Counted from the first letter of the stretch, positions 36,263 to 50,735 are shown. The stretch is DNA of 64,000 nt from Lytechinus pictus (GCF_037042905.1 NC_087245.1:36396001-36460000); one strand, 5' to 3'. The notes: generated from the letters alone by a model not told the origin. A program made the numbers and translations.

Positions 36263-38479
36263 TATATTATTCTTCCTGTTGTATGAAACACACTAAGTCA
36301 TATTCCACAAAGTATGTACCTTTATATTATTGTCTTTGTGTTATAGTTAAAAATATCATAAAAGCTTGTAATGCTCATAAATTATCACGGCCTGAACAGT
36401 TCGTAAAATTAAATAAAAACGAAGAATAGTGGGGGCGGACGTCCTGCGAATTTATTATTGAATTTTCGTACTCCTCACAGAATTTTCATATTCTTGGCAG
36501 TTATTTTAGAAATAGATCCACTTCCAGAAAAATCATGAAAATGGAAATATAAACTTGCGAAATTTTCAATTTAACCTTTAAAATGACAAACGTTTGGGAC
36601 CATGTAATGAATTTTCGGGTGATAATGGCCTGCGAACGTTGATCCATGCAAGGACATATAAAGAAATGGATCATAATCTCAAGTTTACTCTTGAATAACG
36701 AGTCTGCCAACATTATCTTTGATCCCTGACGACCGTGTAAATACAATACGGCTCTCCTTCTTTATTTCTTTTTGTTAGGGCAAATATGAACGTACGATTA
36801 AAACGTTTCATATCAAATGGTTTTATCTATTCGGTGTCGGATGATTACTTGATAATACATACAATATTTAAACTTCACTGCAAATGAAACTAAATGGAAA
36901 AGGGTTTCAGTCGAGAATAATTAATTTGGGTGCCCCCCCCCCCCCCCCGAGATCACGTAGAGTTTTATATTTTTCATCATGTGGTGAAATAATATTTTTT
37001 TTTGTCAGATTTTCCTTTGGCGGGGAAATTATTTACGCTGGTATATATATAGGTAATAGGTATAGCTCAAATCAACATGTAAATGAATGTATAACAAAAA
37101 ACAGCTTTGGTTTATGTTGGGGGCCCGGGTTCGAGTGCCGGCAGAGACATTTCGCCCTCACCATAACTATAAAAAAGAGGATAGCTCTTGAGAACTTTGA
37201 TTACATCTATGCCCAACTATCCTTCTCTATTTCATTACAATATTATAATGAAATGAACTTTAAAAAAATAAATGTAACTGTGACATCTGCTCCCGAATTC
37301 GCATGCTGCCTGAGATGTGAATAAAACACCATTTTTTGCTTCCTTTTTTAAAGATTTTGGTGAATTTTCAGTGCCACCATTGAAATTTTATCTCGTTGGT
37401 TTGGACGGAACAATGCACGCATCGTCATTTTTTATTCAAAAACTGGCAGAGTGAGATTGCAACGGCGTGTATAAGGGAGACGAACATGTGGCGTGGGAAG
37501 ACATGGTTTTTTTTGTACATTTTCTGGGAGAAAATGAAATAAAGATATCAAAATAATAAAAGTGTTACCCTAGCTTCAGAAATTACAGAATGTCATATTA
37601 ATATTTTGAGCATCATGATCAGTATCAAGGGTTGAGAATTAAGAAAGAAAGAGTATCAACTCCAAAAATAAAAACATAAAACAATCATTAAAATTGTTTG
37701 TTCTTATGTTGATCATGAAATCAATAACACACTAACTTTAACAAAAAAGTGTCGACATACTTTCCTTTCGACCTAACCATTATTTTTCCTCAACCGCAAA
37801 GATATTTTTTTCGAAATATTTGTGAATATGTAAACTCCCGCATTCTGCTTTCAAGGAAAAAATACAATAATGTATATGTACGAAGAGAAAATACAAATTA
37901 GAATGAAACAAAAAAAGAAAAATCGGCTGAAGAGAAGAGCCCGGGCTTCCATAATCCAAGATCAAAGAATATTTCCGCGACAAATAAATAATTCTTCAAT
38001 GTACTACCGGTGTATCTTTTCATCTTTAGATAAAGCCGCAGTAAGGCTACCTACCCCTCCCCCTTCAGATTAAAGGCGGCATGTTTCCAGTTCTAAAACT
38101 TATAAACGCGCCTTCTCTGTTTGACTTTCAACCCACAATCATTTTCTCCTTTTTTCTTCATTATCAGCCGACGGATCCAACGTGTGTTTAAAGAGGCTGT
38201 CCTGTTTATTTCACGAATATTTGTTTTTCTTTATTTGGTCCTCCATTCTATTTTTCTGCTCCTGAAACGATGCAGACATAAGCAGTGCTTTTTTTGGTGC
38301 TGCTGGACGAGGCCGACTGGTCCGGGGGTTCAAGGCAAAGCGAGTTGGGCAAAATCCCGTTTCGGCTTTCACGCCTCCCAACAGAGAGAGCTCGAGCTCA
38401 CGTCACGATATCTACATTGTCGGCCTCCCTTTCATCTTCCACTTCGCTCACGAGAGAGAAAGAAGCCATTCTTAAATTA

Positions 38480-38945
38480 AGTCTGCTCGCTTCAAACAAT
38501 TCCTCCCGCCCCCTAAAAGATAAAACTTCCCGAAAAAGACGCCCACCCCCTTCTTCCTCGATGCATATCATTAAAGGAGAGAATACGCACCCATTGCCAA
38601 CCCTCTTAGCCAATCAGCTCGCACACTTGGCGGTCCGTCGGCACCTTTGATAACTGAAATCCAATTATTTGTTTATACAAAAGTGGCAGTGGGCTATTAC
38701 TTCATTAAGTTGCCCGCCCCATTGTACCGCCTATCCCGGCCCCTCTTATAATGAACGCTATTTTGCAAGTCAACAAACCCTCTTGCGGGTCTTTTGTGGT
38801 GAACTAATGGACGGGGGCCCCTTTCAAATCCACCGCACCGCATTCTCATTGGTGGGCGGCATCTCTCAAAGGACTTAGACCGTCTGATCATTGGATGGCG
38901 GCGAGATAAAAGGCGAGACGTAATGCGGCTTTCCCTCACTGACTA
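38480..38945 (+). promoter_or_regulatory. Sp5 proximal promoter
   Basis: GC boxes (38505, 38713, 38854); CCCACCC (38542); CCAAT/ATTGG (38610, 38848, 38890); TCF-type CCTTTGAT (38644) and TCAAAGG (38866); GATAAAA (38905) with Inr-like TCACT (38936). Confidence 0.6.
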
Positions 38946-39289
38946 TTCACACACACACAAACATCGTACAAATAACATGGGCAAGTATATTTCTCAATTC
39001 ATCTATACCAGTTCCTCCCACACATGGAGTTATTTTCTTTCTCTCACTCCTATTTCTTTTTTCGACTCACCACATTGTCTGATTCGAGAGCAACACCATC
39101 GTCATTCCGCACTTACTCCACCAGACGTTCAAGTTTTGAAAATCCTCGCGTCCAACATTTTGTCGGTTTTTTGCACTTCACATGACTGTTGAAGAAAACG
39201 TGGAATATAAACCATACCACACGTGTATCTGGACATTAGTACATTGATACTCCTAAACCAACTCCGTGTAGGCGAGTGGACGATAAAGC

Positions 39290-39325
39290 ATGCCGAAAGG
39301 TGAACTACCAACAAGATTCTTACAG
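39290..39325 (+). CDS. Sp5: Sp5 transcription factor, coding exon 1 (MPKGELPTRFLQ)
   Basis: ATG...CAG|GTATG phase-0 donor, in frame with exon 2. The FLQ ending mirrors the short first exon of vertebrate Sp5. Confidence 0.75.
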
Positions 39326-41590
39326 GTATGCTGCTTTTTCTTTTCTTTTGCTTATCATTAAAATAGGACCAATAATCAAATTTGTTAAAAAAAATTGCCG
39401 AGATTACATTTTTTTACAATTTTTTGTTCGACGGCTACATATATAGAACGCACGTTTAAACTTGTCAAATGTCATCGTTCCAAATCCATGTATATTTCAA
39501 ATTCAATATATCGGGATTGATACGATCATGAATGAAAAGCATGTTTCTTTTGTGTATTTTGCAATGAGAACTCTGCACTCGTCTTGTCTCGCCCCTATCC
39601 GAACTTCCCAAGTAGTATGACCCTCGAGGCCCCCTATATTAGGCTCAAGTGTTATTATCAATATTTGTTTGACTCGTGACATTCTTGCAAAGATATTGTT
39701 TTTATTGAATGTTTACTTACGATATTGGAGAACATAGACACGTTGCACGCCTTTAGGTTTGGTGTGATATAATTTGCCATTGCATGCATCTTCTGACTGG
39801 TGGGTGTTTCATAAAGCTGCTCGTAAGTTAAGAGCGACTTTAAGATCGACTGGTAATCCTTTCTTCTGGTAAATGATATTCACCATGAAATGTTCATTGG
39901 TGATTATTTAGTACGTAAGAAAGGATCACCTGTCGTTCATAAAGTCGCTCTTAACTTAAGAACATCGTTATGAAACGGCCCTTTGGTATAACAAACTATT
40001 TCCCGCGACTTCGAAATCAAATGGTCCATCAACAAACGGACCAAAAAATGAAATAGCTCACAACATGCTACAGAACTTACTGAAGTATAGTTAGGCCTAT
40101 TATAAAAGTACAGGCTTAGTAAAACTATATGATTGCAAAGTTGTAAATAATGGACACTCCTTCCATTATAAAGGTATTGAAATATTGGCCTCATACCTGT
40201 ATATTGTTCTATTCAAATTTGTATTTTGAAAAAGTTTCAAATGATATGCTACTGTAAGGAAATAGGCTTAAAAATTTTGTGCCTTTTCAGTATAACCATG
40301 ACAACGGTATGTGTATGAAATTTTGTGTCAAACATTGATCGTAAAACGGTCTGTATTCAATCTTGACAACACTAAACACATTTGGTTACATGTAGGTATA
40401 TCGCATCATAAAAGTATAATGGTTGTAAAATTGATTTGTAAAAAAAACACATTAGTTTGGGTTGTGTTTTTATCACAAAACATGAAATCAGATCGGTGCA
40501 TGAATCACTTTATCTCGATATCTCGAAGACGATAAAACAAAATCAATTATTTTCATGTTGCTCTAAAATACGCCTGCTTGTTAAACCAAATCATCTTTTT
40601 ACTCAACCAACATGCATGTTCGCCATTTTACCCAATATTGGGTAAACCTTTTTTTTTAGAGTGTAGTGGCTTCAAATGCTACATGTATATTGCAATTGAA
40701 TATGAGTTTAGTATTCAATTGAGTTGATGTTTCAGTTTATATGGAGAATGCAATACAAATTGTATTTTAAGTAGGAGGGGCAAGTTAACACCGTGCATGG
40801 TAGTAGAAATACATGATTTAACTCTTCAAGATTTCAATAAAAATCTTTACCAGTTGCTCTTGCATGCCTGATGGATATTCTGATTGCCAACTTTAACCAT
40901 TCCTTGGATTACAGTTTCATTTTTTTTTATCAAATCTAAAGTTATATAACAATTCTGATCTTTTGGTTATTGCAAAACACGAATATCTAACATATACACA
41001 GGCCTATTTTCTATGTACAATTAGGCTTAGAATTATATTGAGTGGGGTAAAAAAATGTATTTCATGTATGACATTGGGCCTACTACACATTATGCACTCA
41101 CTGTTTGTAAAAAAAAAAAACACCAATGCAGTGTAGGCCGTAATACTTTTAAAGACTTTTCCCACGAAACATGCATTTGATTTTTTATATATATACGTTT
41201 ATGGGGACCTGTATGTTCCCCTCTTACCAATTTGGAATGTATGGAAATACGTAGAGGAATTTTACTCGGATCACATTCAAAGGATTCGATTTATTAGCTC
41301 CATACAAGTAATGAATTTAATTTATGTTTGATCTTTTTGGTAGGAAAATTTTGAATATGCATTTATAGTGCGTAGAATTAACTTGATTCGCACGTCCTTC
41401 GTTAATTGGCCTGTCCCAAACACACTTTCACATCCTATATTGATTAAGCCATTTCCCATCAAATACTTTCGAGGATGAATTATGTTTTAACAAGCAAATG
41501 TTCTACAAATCCAACTCGAAATGATTTCATGAATTACTGATTGGAAATATATTAAATATTTCTTTTTGTTTCATTTGTTTGATTCGACAG

Positions 41591-42796
41591 CACTCAGAAA
41601 TCAAAGCTGGCAAGGCTGGTCAACCAAGCCCCCTTGCGATGTTAGCTGCAACTTGTCGAAAAATAGGTGGACCTTTGGCAGTACACGAACCAACCAGACA
41701 ACCAACGATACTTACACCACATCCCACGAAGCAAGATCATAAATTGCTCAAATCGCCAATGCCAGCAACCGCAGCGGTGCACCCGACCTCGCACGCGGGA
41801 AGAAGATACGAGCTTCCCCCGACACCTCCCGCCGAAGCTACAGTGCCTGTCCGCTGTGATTGTAGCGGTGGTGTCATGCACCACTTGCCTCTTCCAACTC
41901 ATCCACCGTGCTTGAAACATCTCTGGCCAGCCGCCGTTCCTCAAACGTCAGACATTGCAGCGATATCGTCGCCGTTTTATCCCGGACACCACCACCATCC
42001 AGCTTTTCATCATCATGTCCACCACCACTCGTGTCACACGATACCAGGCATTCACCACCCCGTCCCGCATCCATACTCACCGTGCAACGCAGCACCAAGC
42101 CCACCGACCACGCCGTCATTTCATCACCATCATCATCATGGACTATCCCCCGTCTCTCCACCAACTATCACCATCCCAAGTCCTTCCTTCAGCGTCCCGA
42201 GTCCCGTTCGTTTAACCCCTCCCGGTGAAGACACCCAGTGGTGGAGCCTGACACCACGCTCAAACCAACAACATTACACACCATCACTCGGCACGCATCC
42301 CGCCCAAACCCTTGGGCTCTATCCTCACCATCTCGATGCCCGGCCCGTTAGCTCCATCACCAAGCTCGCCGCACGCCGTTGCAGACGATGCCGATGCCCG
42401 AACTGTCTCAACCCGTCCAGTTCGAACGAGCCCGCCAAAAAGCGACAACATATTTGTCATATTCCAGGTTGTGGTAAAGTGTACGGGAAGACCTCGCATC
42501 TCAAAGCTCATCTTCGTTGGCACACAGGCGAACGCCCATTCGTGTGTAATTGGCTCTTCTGCGGGAAATCGTTCACGAGATCAGACGAGCTCCAGCGGCA
42601 TCTTCGCACACACACGGGCGAGAAGAGATTCGTATGTCCCGAATGCGGCAAGCGATTTATGAGAAGCGACCACCTTAGCAAGCATTCGAAAACCCATGCT
42701 GCTCGAAAAGAAACAACGATAAACCAAGAAGACCAACACGAAAACGACACCGAGAGTGACAGTGAAGATGAAATTGTTGATGTTACTTCAGAATAA
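41591..42796 (+). CDS. Sp5: Sp5/buttonhead-class C2H2 zinc-finger transcription factor, exon 2
   Basis: Polypyrimidine tract plus CAG acceptor at 41590; Sp box [22 protein letters not shown] and WWS motifs; Btd box [11 protein letters not shown]; three Sp-type zinc fingers ([45 protein letters not shown]); TAA at 42794-42796. Confidence 0.93.
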   Translation, partial: HSEIKAGKAGQPSPLAMLAATCRKIGGPLAVHEPTRQPTILTPHPTKQDHKLLKSPMPATAAVHPTSHAGRRYELPPTPPAEATVPVRCDCSGGVMHHLPLPTHPPCLKHLWPAAVPQTSDIAAISSPFYPGHHHHPAFHHHVHHHSCHTIPGIHHPVPHPYSPCNAAPSPPTTPSFHHHHHHGLSPVSPPTITIPSPSFSVPSPVRLTPPGEDTQWWSLTPRSNQQHYTPSLGTHPAQTLGLYPHHLDARPVSSITKLAARRCRRCRCPNCLNPSSSNEPAKKRQHICHIPGCGKVYGKTSHLKAHLRWHTGERPFVCNWLFCGKSFTRSDELQRHLRTHTGEKRFVCPECGKRFMRSDHLSKHSKTHAARKETTINQEDQHENDTESDSEDEIVDVTSE

Positions 42797-42826
42797 CTTA
42801 TTATATTCTACTTGAGACCGGCACAT

Positions 42827-42857
<31 letters not shown>

Positions 42858-45800
42858 ATGCCAGCTTTTTACAAATTGAATGCACCTTACAATAATGCCA
42901 TAATTAAAAAAAAAGTTAAGTTAAAACTAAGCTTTAACATGAATGAAGATTATTCCCTTTTTACCATGGTCATTTTACCCATTTACCATATTCCAGTTCA
43001 AATTTAATCACTCAAGAAAAAAAGCACAATATAGTTTAAACTGATATGCCTCATATTTGATTAAACTAAGCTTATGTTATGGGAACAATCTACATGATCA
43101 ATGTATTTAACTTTTTTTCATGATGACTGCCAACCACCGCCAAGAAAACATTCAGTTTTAGATTTAATCTTTGTTGACAACGAAGAATTACATGGATAAG
43201 ATCACATTTCGTTATTGATTGCATTCTGAATGCACTTCGATGATTATTGATTACCAGCTGAAAATAAGTGTTGAAATAATGTTTGATATCTGATTTTGTA
43301 AAAAAGGTAAAAGTTGTTTCTGTGAAGTATTATTAAACATGATTTAGCACGTGTATGCAAACAGGGTAACACGATATCAGGACATGAGGTCGTTAATTAT
43401 TTTGGCAAAAACATTTTGGTATGTTAGAATATCGATATATACACTGGGATCGTTCTTTGCAGTCATTTATCATGAGATTTGAATTCATTGTCTGCTCATT
43501 GTGGCGTTATTCAGATGTTGAAAGGCGGCTCGGATTTACACAATTGTCTACACCTATCCAATTACAACGTGCTTTTATCGTTGAATACACACACCGTCAC
43601 AGTGAATGGCACGTATAGATAATAATATTTTGTTCCCACACAATGTATATTGTTAGTTGATTGATCATGCATTGGGCGTGTATATCATCACATAACTCTA
43701 TGTAATAATTCAGATAACTTGTTTGATATAATAGAGGACATTCCGGAGATTTTCATTTGTATATGATTCTCCCAGTGTATCACACGTGTCACCTCACTTG
43801 CGAACGAAATGGTAACATTCATTCATATTCTGATGTCGGTCATGACCACCAAGTTGATAAAATATTCATATTTGTCATAGTTCGAGATTATACAACTCAA
43901 ATTTCTTGATATGTATGATGCCATCCATAAAAATTTGCCAAATTACAGTCGTAAATGTATTTTGTTACATTGTATCACGCCAGCAAACGTTCAAATTTCG
44001 TCATCGCATATTTCTGGTGAGAGGATCGACGCATGCAATATCATTTACTTCAATTTTGTTACATGTATATCAGTAAGCTCCATGCGGCGACAATGTTCAT
44101 TTCTTTTCCATATGTTGGCTCAGTTTAATCATCTTCATTTCACACCAATCAGCTGTAAAATACACTGTAAAAATATATATGGGCACAATGTTTACCACCA
44201 CGAGGGTAATTATGTGTCCAACCAATTTGGGGCAGTATTTTAACCAAATGCGAGAAGCATATTATCCAGTAAGGTTAAAAAACATAAGCAGCAATTACTT
44301 TAGAATGGGCAAAATTTTCATTACACTGGATAAATGAAAATGCTCAAAAGACTTGAAAGAAATGCCCAATGTTGGTTGGAAAAATAATTACCACCATGGA
44401 GCATTTTTACCCAATATTTTTAATAGTGTATCTGTTCATGTGTGAATCGACCTGTGTTTTTTTTCCTTAATACAAGATGAAATTGTTGAGAATTTGAAAA
44501 TATACTTTTAATGAAATACAATTACACCTATTATGAAAGTGGCATTCAATAATCTCACTGTATACTATAATCATGAAAGTTCATCTCTGTTGGTTGAAAA
44601 TAACAAAATTCCGAGGAAGGCTGCAGCTAACTCTTCGAGTTTTCTTTGTCTGGTTGTGAGCAAAAGTTTAACATTTTGTTATTAATCTCACTGCATATGT
44701 ATGTTGGCAAAAGTCACTTCTACCGCCAGTACCTGTACTGGTAATGTTTTGTTACATTCCCTTAAAATTGCTTACAGTAGATATTTGCTTTCATAATATA
44801 CTGGCGATGTTGTAATCGTAAGTTGTCTCTAAACAGTTGGATAATCCCAATCTTCTTCGGAAAATAGGCCTTATATAATATGCGTATGAGCTGGGCCCTC
44901 AGACATTTGTATTTGCTGTATTTGTTTTCATTGAAAATATAAATCAACTAAATTATTCGAAATATAAAAGAAACCAAGGAATGGGAAGGGTTGTTTTACA
45001 ATCTACAATGGTGAGGTATTGCCACTGTTAGAGCAACCTATTGGCCAGGAGCCTAACGAGGGGGGAAAATCAAAAACACGTTTACCTCTCCAAATTGACA
45101 ATGGCATTTTAGGGCTAAATTACCGTCTCATCTCCTTTTGTGCATGTGACCTCACATTCGGTGAAGCGTTCTTTATGATTACTGTAAACAAAGTATAATA
45201 TTCATCCATCGATTGAACCCCTGGCTCAGTACTTGAATGTGATATTGCCAACAATTTATTTACCGTTTAAGGACGAAAACTCAAATTTTTTTGTATTTCT
45301 ATGAATTCTATCAAATATTTTTTGTTCGTTAATACAATTTACATTAGTCAGACGAGTACATTTTGATAGTCAAAATGGCGCTGGTCAATGAAGTTACCAC
45401 ATTGGATATGTCAACGATTTTGATCTCTTACTTTTAAAATTGTGCAATTTTAGAACTATAGTTGAGGAAAATGATTTTTCTTGATTTGTTTTCAAGGTAA
45501 ACATATTTTTATATTTGCCAAAGTTTCATTGAATTTAAAGGCTTGATTTGTATATATTTGATTGACTTTAAAAGTGCCAATGTTTTAAACACGAGTTATT
45601 TTTTTGTACTACGGAAAATGATATCTTGTTCTTTTCTTTCAAGTGAATATTTGACATGATCTTGTGCAGTGCACATATATACCGTAACATGTTGATGTGC
45701 TGTCAGTGCACATGAGACAGTATCACTCAATAAAATAAAAGGTGGAATCATCTTATCACATCCTATATACTGTATGTCTTATTTTTCTTTTTTTTTAGTT

Positions 45801-46148
45801 CTCCAACATTTTATTTAATATTTCAATAATGAATGATTTTGTTTATTTATTCGTATCAAAATTACGAACACGACAAAATGGCTTGATGGGAGATGTTTTT
45901 TTTTTCCATAAAGATCTTCCTAACGTCTTCCCTTTTTTCATTCAAGTTTTTAAATTTTTATTGTTGAGACTCGGTTCGGTAATGTGTTTATAACATTAAG
46001 TATACGATTATGAGAATGTCTGTTTAGAAAGATGGCCATGGGTATATGATCATGGAGATAATTATGACAGGACGATGATGATAGCGAGGACGACAATGAT
46101 GGTGGAGATGATTAACAAGGTGATGGCGAGGATGCAAAGTACGAATGA

Positions 46149-46252
46149 TAATAATAATAATATAGGGTATTTATATTGCGCACATATCCACCTTGTTAGG
46201 TGCTCAAGGCGCTCCTATATTACCCGGCTAAGCTAGGTGTTTATAGCGCACA
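46149..46252 (-). mobile_element. 3' end of a SINE/L2-type retroposon
   Basis: Minus strand GCGCCTTGAGCACC...GGATATGTGCGCAATATAAAT followed by an (ATT)n tail. Confidence 0.55.
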
Positions 46253-46272
46253 ATGATGATGGTTGAGGGTGG

Positions 46273-46303
<31 letters not shown>

Positions 46304-46440
46304 GATAATGATGATGTTGATGATGATGATGTTGATGATGATGATGTTGATGATGATGATGGTGGTGGTGATGATGGTAATGATGATGGTGATGATGGTG
46401 ATGATGATGATGGTGATGATGATGACGATGGCAATGTTGA
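46253..46440. repeat. Degenerate (GAT)n/(GGT)n microsatellite
   Basis: Direct inspection. Confidence 0.95.
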
Positions 46441-49400
46441 TTGTGACAAGGCAATAAGCAAAATATCTTTCCGGTGGCAATACGTAAAATGATATTAAAA
46501 GACCCCAACCCCATTAAAAAAAACACTCTAAGCGAGTGAGCAAAGCAGCCGAGCTTATTTTAAAGTGGTTGTTCGCTTTTATCGTGTTATCTTTTGTTTG
46601 CAGATAGGATTGAAAATACAGAATTTGATGCACATTCTAGGCGCATTTTGTAAAAGTTCTAAAGATTTTTGTTTTCTCACAATTCCGGGATGGGGGTGTG
46701 GGACTTCCTTAAACCTATAGGATGGTGATGAACCAGGAGATGAGCGTGGTGGTGGTGGTATAAGAATGGCAATGGTGATGATGATAAAAACGATGAAAAA
46801 GAAGATGCCAATGGAAACGATGTTCTTGATGTTGACGATGATGATGACGACAATGTGCAGGGCTTACAAACATAACTGGATCTCGTTTCATATAGCAGTG
46901 TATAGATTTGTTATAACAACAAATACACAATGATATCCAGCCAATCAAATCGAAGGATTTCCGTAGCTTTAAACTGTCACTGAACATTTGTTATTATAAC
47001 AAATCTTATGAAATGGGACCCCTGAAAATGCTCCTGACTACGATGAGGTTTAAGGCAGGCGTCATGTCGTCAATAAAACATTTGTCATCGGTTAAGCTTT
47101 TAATATGTTTAAGGATAGTTTTATCAATATCCTCCGTGATTGTTTGAAATGGATATATCTTCTCCTCCTCTCCTTCCTTTTTCTTCTCCTTCTTCTTTTT
47201 TGTCATCTTCATCTTCTTCTCAATCCTTCTGTTGTCTTGAAGATTTAATGGATATTATTTCAACGTATGATTCTGGAGTAACGAAATTTAGCAGACAATT
47301 ATAATGGTCTAATGCTGATGTATGTTTCGGGAAAATCCACTCAAATACCATTAAATGAAATATAACCAAATAACATAAGTAATTAAAAACCTTTATAAAA
47401 CTATAAAGTCCTAGAATTTGAATGAATTTGATTATTACCTGACAGTTTTTGGCTGTTTTTTTTTCTGTTCTACATTTTATTTTGATTATAATTTGTTATT
47501 GATAAGAGGGACACACCGAGCTTACGAAAAAAGCCAATACCAAATATGAGAACACTAACGGGTGAGTGTTTTCCACCGATGAAGTGATATAATGTTTGCA
47601 GTAACTCAATTCAACCGGGGTGTGTCAACAAATATAATGCAGTAATTTTGATCGGACTGGAGTGAGTTTCATCGGTATGACTGACATTTCCCTTGACTTC
47701 GTCTGAAAATCAGGACAAATTGAACATTTAGGGGAGGGCATTAATTTGTAGACTGGCTGGTAGTAGAAGAATAAAAGGTACCGTATGGGGCGACAGCCCC
47801 CCTCCCCAGTTTTGTCAGTTATGAAAAGGGGATAAGAGGGTAAGAAAGGGGAAAGAGGTTATAGTTTAAGAATAGACAATCACCTGGAATAAATCAAAGT
47901 TTTAAAAATCTTTTTCAGTTTATCTAGGCCCCCTCAACGAGAGAGCTCTGTCACTGCCCCTTGAAATTGGTGGATGGGGTTGACAACGCATAAGCACGAC
48001 AGGAAATAGTCCACGATGAGGTTTGCTTGCCATGTACTGTTCCCATGAAAATGATATAGGACTGTACTACAAATAATGTTATGGCGGTAACACAAATGAT
48101 AAGTAACAAACAATAACCATGAAAACGGTGACGCTAGCGGGGTGCGATAGTGCAGCTATAATCAGAGGCCGAAGGACGATTTAGAAATTAAAGTGGGAGA
48201 GGGGATGGACCCTAATGAAGATAATAAGGATGATGATGCATGGTCAATATAGTCGTTTTTGCATGAAATTAGATATGATGATGAAATCATCATCAACATG
48301 GTAAAGGTGACAGTGGTGATGGAGCTGATGTGGCGATGATGATGATGGGGATGAGCGCGATGATGACGATGACTGTGGTGGTGGTTATGATGATGACTAT
48401 CAAATTATTTTAATGTTCGATGATACTCGAGTATCATGAGAATAGTTAGTGGCGGATCGAGGCAGGGGCACATCCGGCCTGTGCCCCCTCCCCCTTGACC
48501 TTTGAGAGCCATTACAAATATTTGTTAGGGGAATAATTTTTTTTTTTTTTTTGGGGGGGGGCTTTCAAATTTTTCCTAGCATAAATCACCATTAATTGGG
48601 AGTGAAGACGTTTATGGGGGGGGGGGGGAGGACTTGTTATTTTTTTCTGTACAAGAATGCCCGCTTGGAAAATCCTGGATCCGCCCCTGAGTATAGTTCA
48701 AATGGGCTTTCATGAAAATAGAAAACTTATAGAGAAATGAGTATGGGTGAAGGTTTAATGAAAAGGATATGAAACAATGTATGTTACTATCTGATGATAA
48801 ATTTACTTCACAAATAAATTCACTTCAGCTTTAAAAAAAAAGATATTTTGGGGTATTTATATCACATGACATAACTATCATGGATGAACTGCCCGTCTGT
48901 GACGTCAAAAACTAACAATTTGTAAATTCGTAACGCCGTTATTTTTTGACAGATGTTTTTAAATCAAACTCTCGCCAATTTCTTTTTCATTTTTTCTGCT
49001 TTTATTACAACCAACTTATTGTCAGGGTGAACTTTCCCTTTAATACAAATACTATACTATGATAATAAATGTTCTACTACTGATACTATTACTTTAGTTG
49101 ATCATGTTGTTACAACTGCTGTCTCTCTTTTATATATGACTTGATACTATGTTTGAAATCAAATATTTTTTTTAATTGCTGAGGATTATACCGAAAAAAA
49201 TAATGATTGATGAAGAAGATGTAGGCATATTTAAGACTTTGATATGATAATTTTGTATAGAAATATTTGGAAATATTTTGTTTATGATGATGACAGTTTG
49301 AATATATATTTTAAAGGAAATGTGGATGTTGGGTGTAAAGATAATTTAGCTGTCTGTGGAGTTATGCTTAAAAAAAAGATCGGAAGCATTTATTTTCTAG

Positions 49401-49896
49401 AAGTCAACCAACTGAATTATGACGAAATATGGTGATTATTCAGTGGCGGAGCCACTATGATTTTTCAAATAGTGAAAGAGCTGGGGAAAGACAAGAATAA
49501 AAAGTAGGGGGAAAGAAGAAAAGAAAGATGGAGGAAAAGAATAAAAATTACTTTTACGGGTCGTGTTTCTCAATATTACCAAATTTATCAAAAATATAAC
49601 GTCACGCATATTTAGCCCCCCCCTCTCAATCTCTCTCTATCAGCACCCAGGTTCCGCTCCTGTGATTATTATTTAGATGCATGTAACGACTTTTTTTTAA
49701 CGAAGTCACCTAAAAGTTCACAAATAACTGAATAAGGTGTTAATGAACGTGCTCATGATATAAATGTTGACGGTGTGCTAATTTTTTTTTAACGAATACG
49801 TTGCTGGCCGGGGTTGCTGGTTAACATCATTATGTTTTATGCTTAAAAACCGATATGCTGGCGAATATTTTGATGATTTAGGTGTTGGTGAATAGT

Positions 49897-50062
49897 TATA
49901 CCTTGGTCACATTTGCTCTACGGCGGCCGTACGGCGAGTCGAAAACAGCCGTTTTATCAATTTAAATTCAAACCACCTATATAATAGTTGGTACAAAAAA
50001 TTTAAAACGGCTGTTTTCGACTCGCCGTACGGCCACCGTGGAGCAAATGTGACCAAGGTATA
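49897..50062. mobile_element. Palindromic MITE with ~60 bp arms
   Basis: TATACCTTGGTCACATTTGCTC...GAAAACAGCCGTTTTA is mirrored by TAAAACGGCTGTTTTC...GAGCAAATGTGACCAAGGTATA. Confidence 0.8.
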
Positions 50063-50735
50063 TTACTAGCGCATTTTCGCAGTCACTACGCCGGCGCTTT
50101 CTACAACGCACCAATTCCTTTGAAAATTATACAAGTCAAATCACAATGGAGAGCTGATAGGTTTTTGTCGAAAGTTGGTGGACCGGGGCAGCAGGATCGT
50201 CCGAAGATTCGAACCGGACGAAAAATTGTCGACGACACTGATGTTTTGATTCACTGATTTTCGACAAATGCTGTTTTGTCATGGAAGGGCTTTTGACAAA
50301 ACATTACCTGCGTTACAGACAACATCTACGTAGTGATTGCGAATATTCCTTTCTGACACTGTCTAAGAGATGCGTTGGTGTGTTGGTGGATTTGACGAAT
50401 GCACTAAAATGACCGAGATGTGTGTCAAATCGACTATCTGCCTTCAATTCAAATTTTGACCATCATTTCAACAACTATTAGACTAGATGCTGATGAGGAA
50501 TTTAGGGTATAAATCTTGGTAAATCCCGTAAACATGTTAAAATCACTGCCACTATTCCCATTCATTCTCGCATTTATGAACGCGTATTCCCTTAACTGCA
50601 ATGATGAGGATAATGTTTTTTTTAGGAGTTTCTGCATCTCTTTTGAAATCTAAATACAAATTTGACAATCAAAGCAAACTTACAAAATAATTGATCAGAT
50701 TACAAATGTTACATTTAGATAATGACAAAGAATGA

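Noticed and set aside
41579..41590. TTG start of the 405-aa ORF
   Set aside because: It lies in the polypyrimidine tract/acceptor; the upstream ATG exon explains the N-terminus better.
41642..42750. Overlapping alternative-frame and antisense ORFs
   Set aside because: Shadows of the GC-rich Sp5 exon, with no domain signal.
42797..45740. Defining the Sp5 3' UTR end
   Set aside because: Several ATTAAA/AATAAA candidates occur in AT-rich DNA; I cannot choose without transcript data.
46228..46526. Poly-His/Asp/Met/Ser ORFs (also 62694-63222 and 25880-26350)
   Set aside because: Translations of microsatellites.
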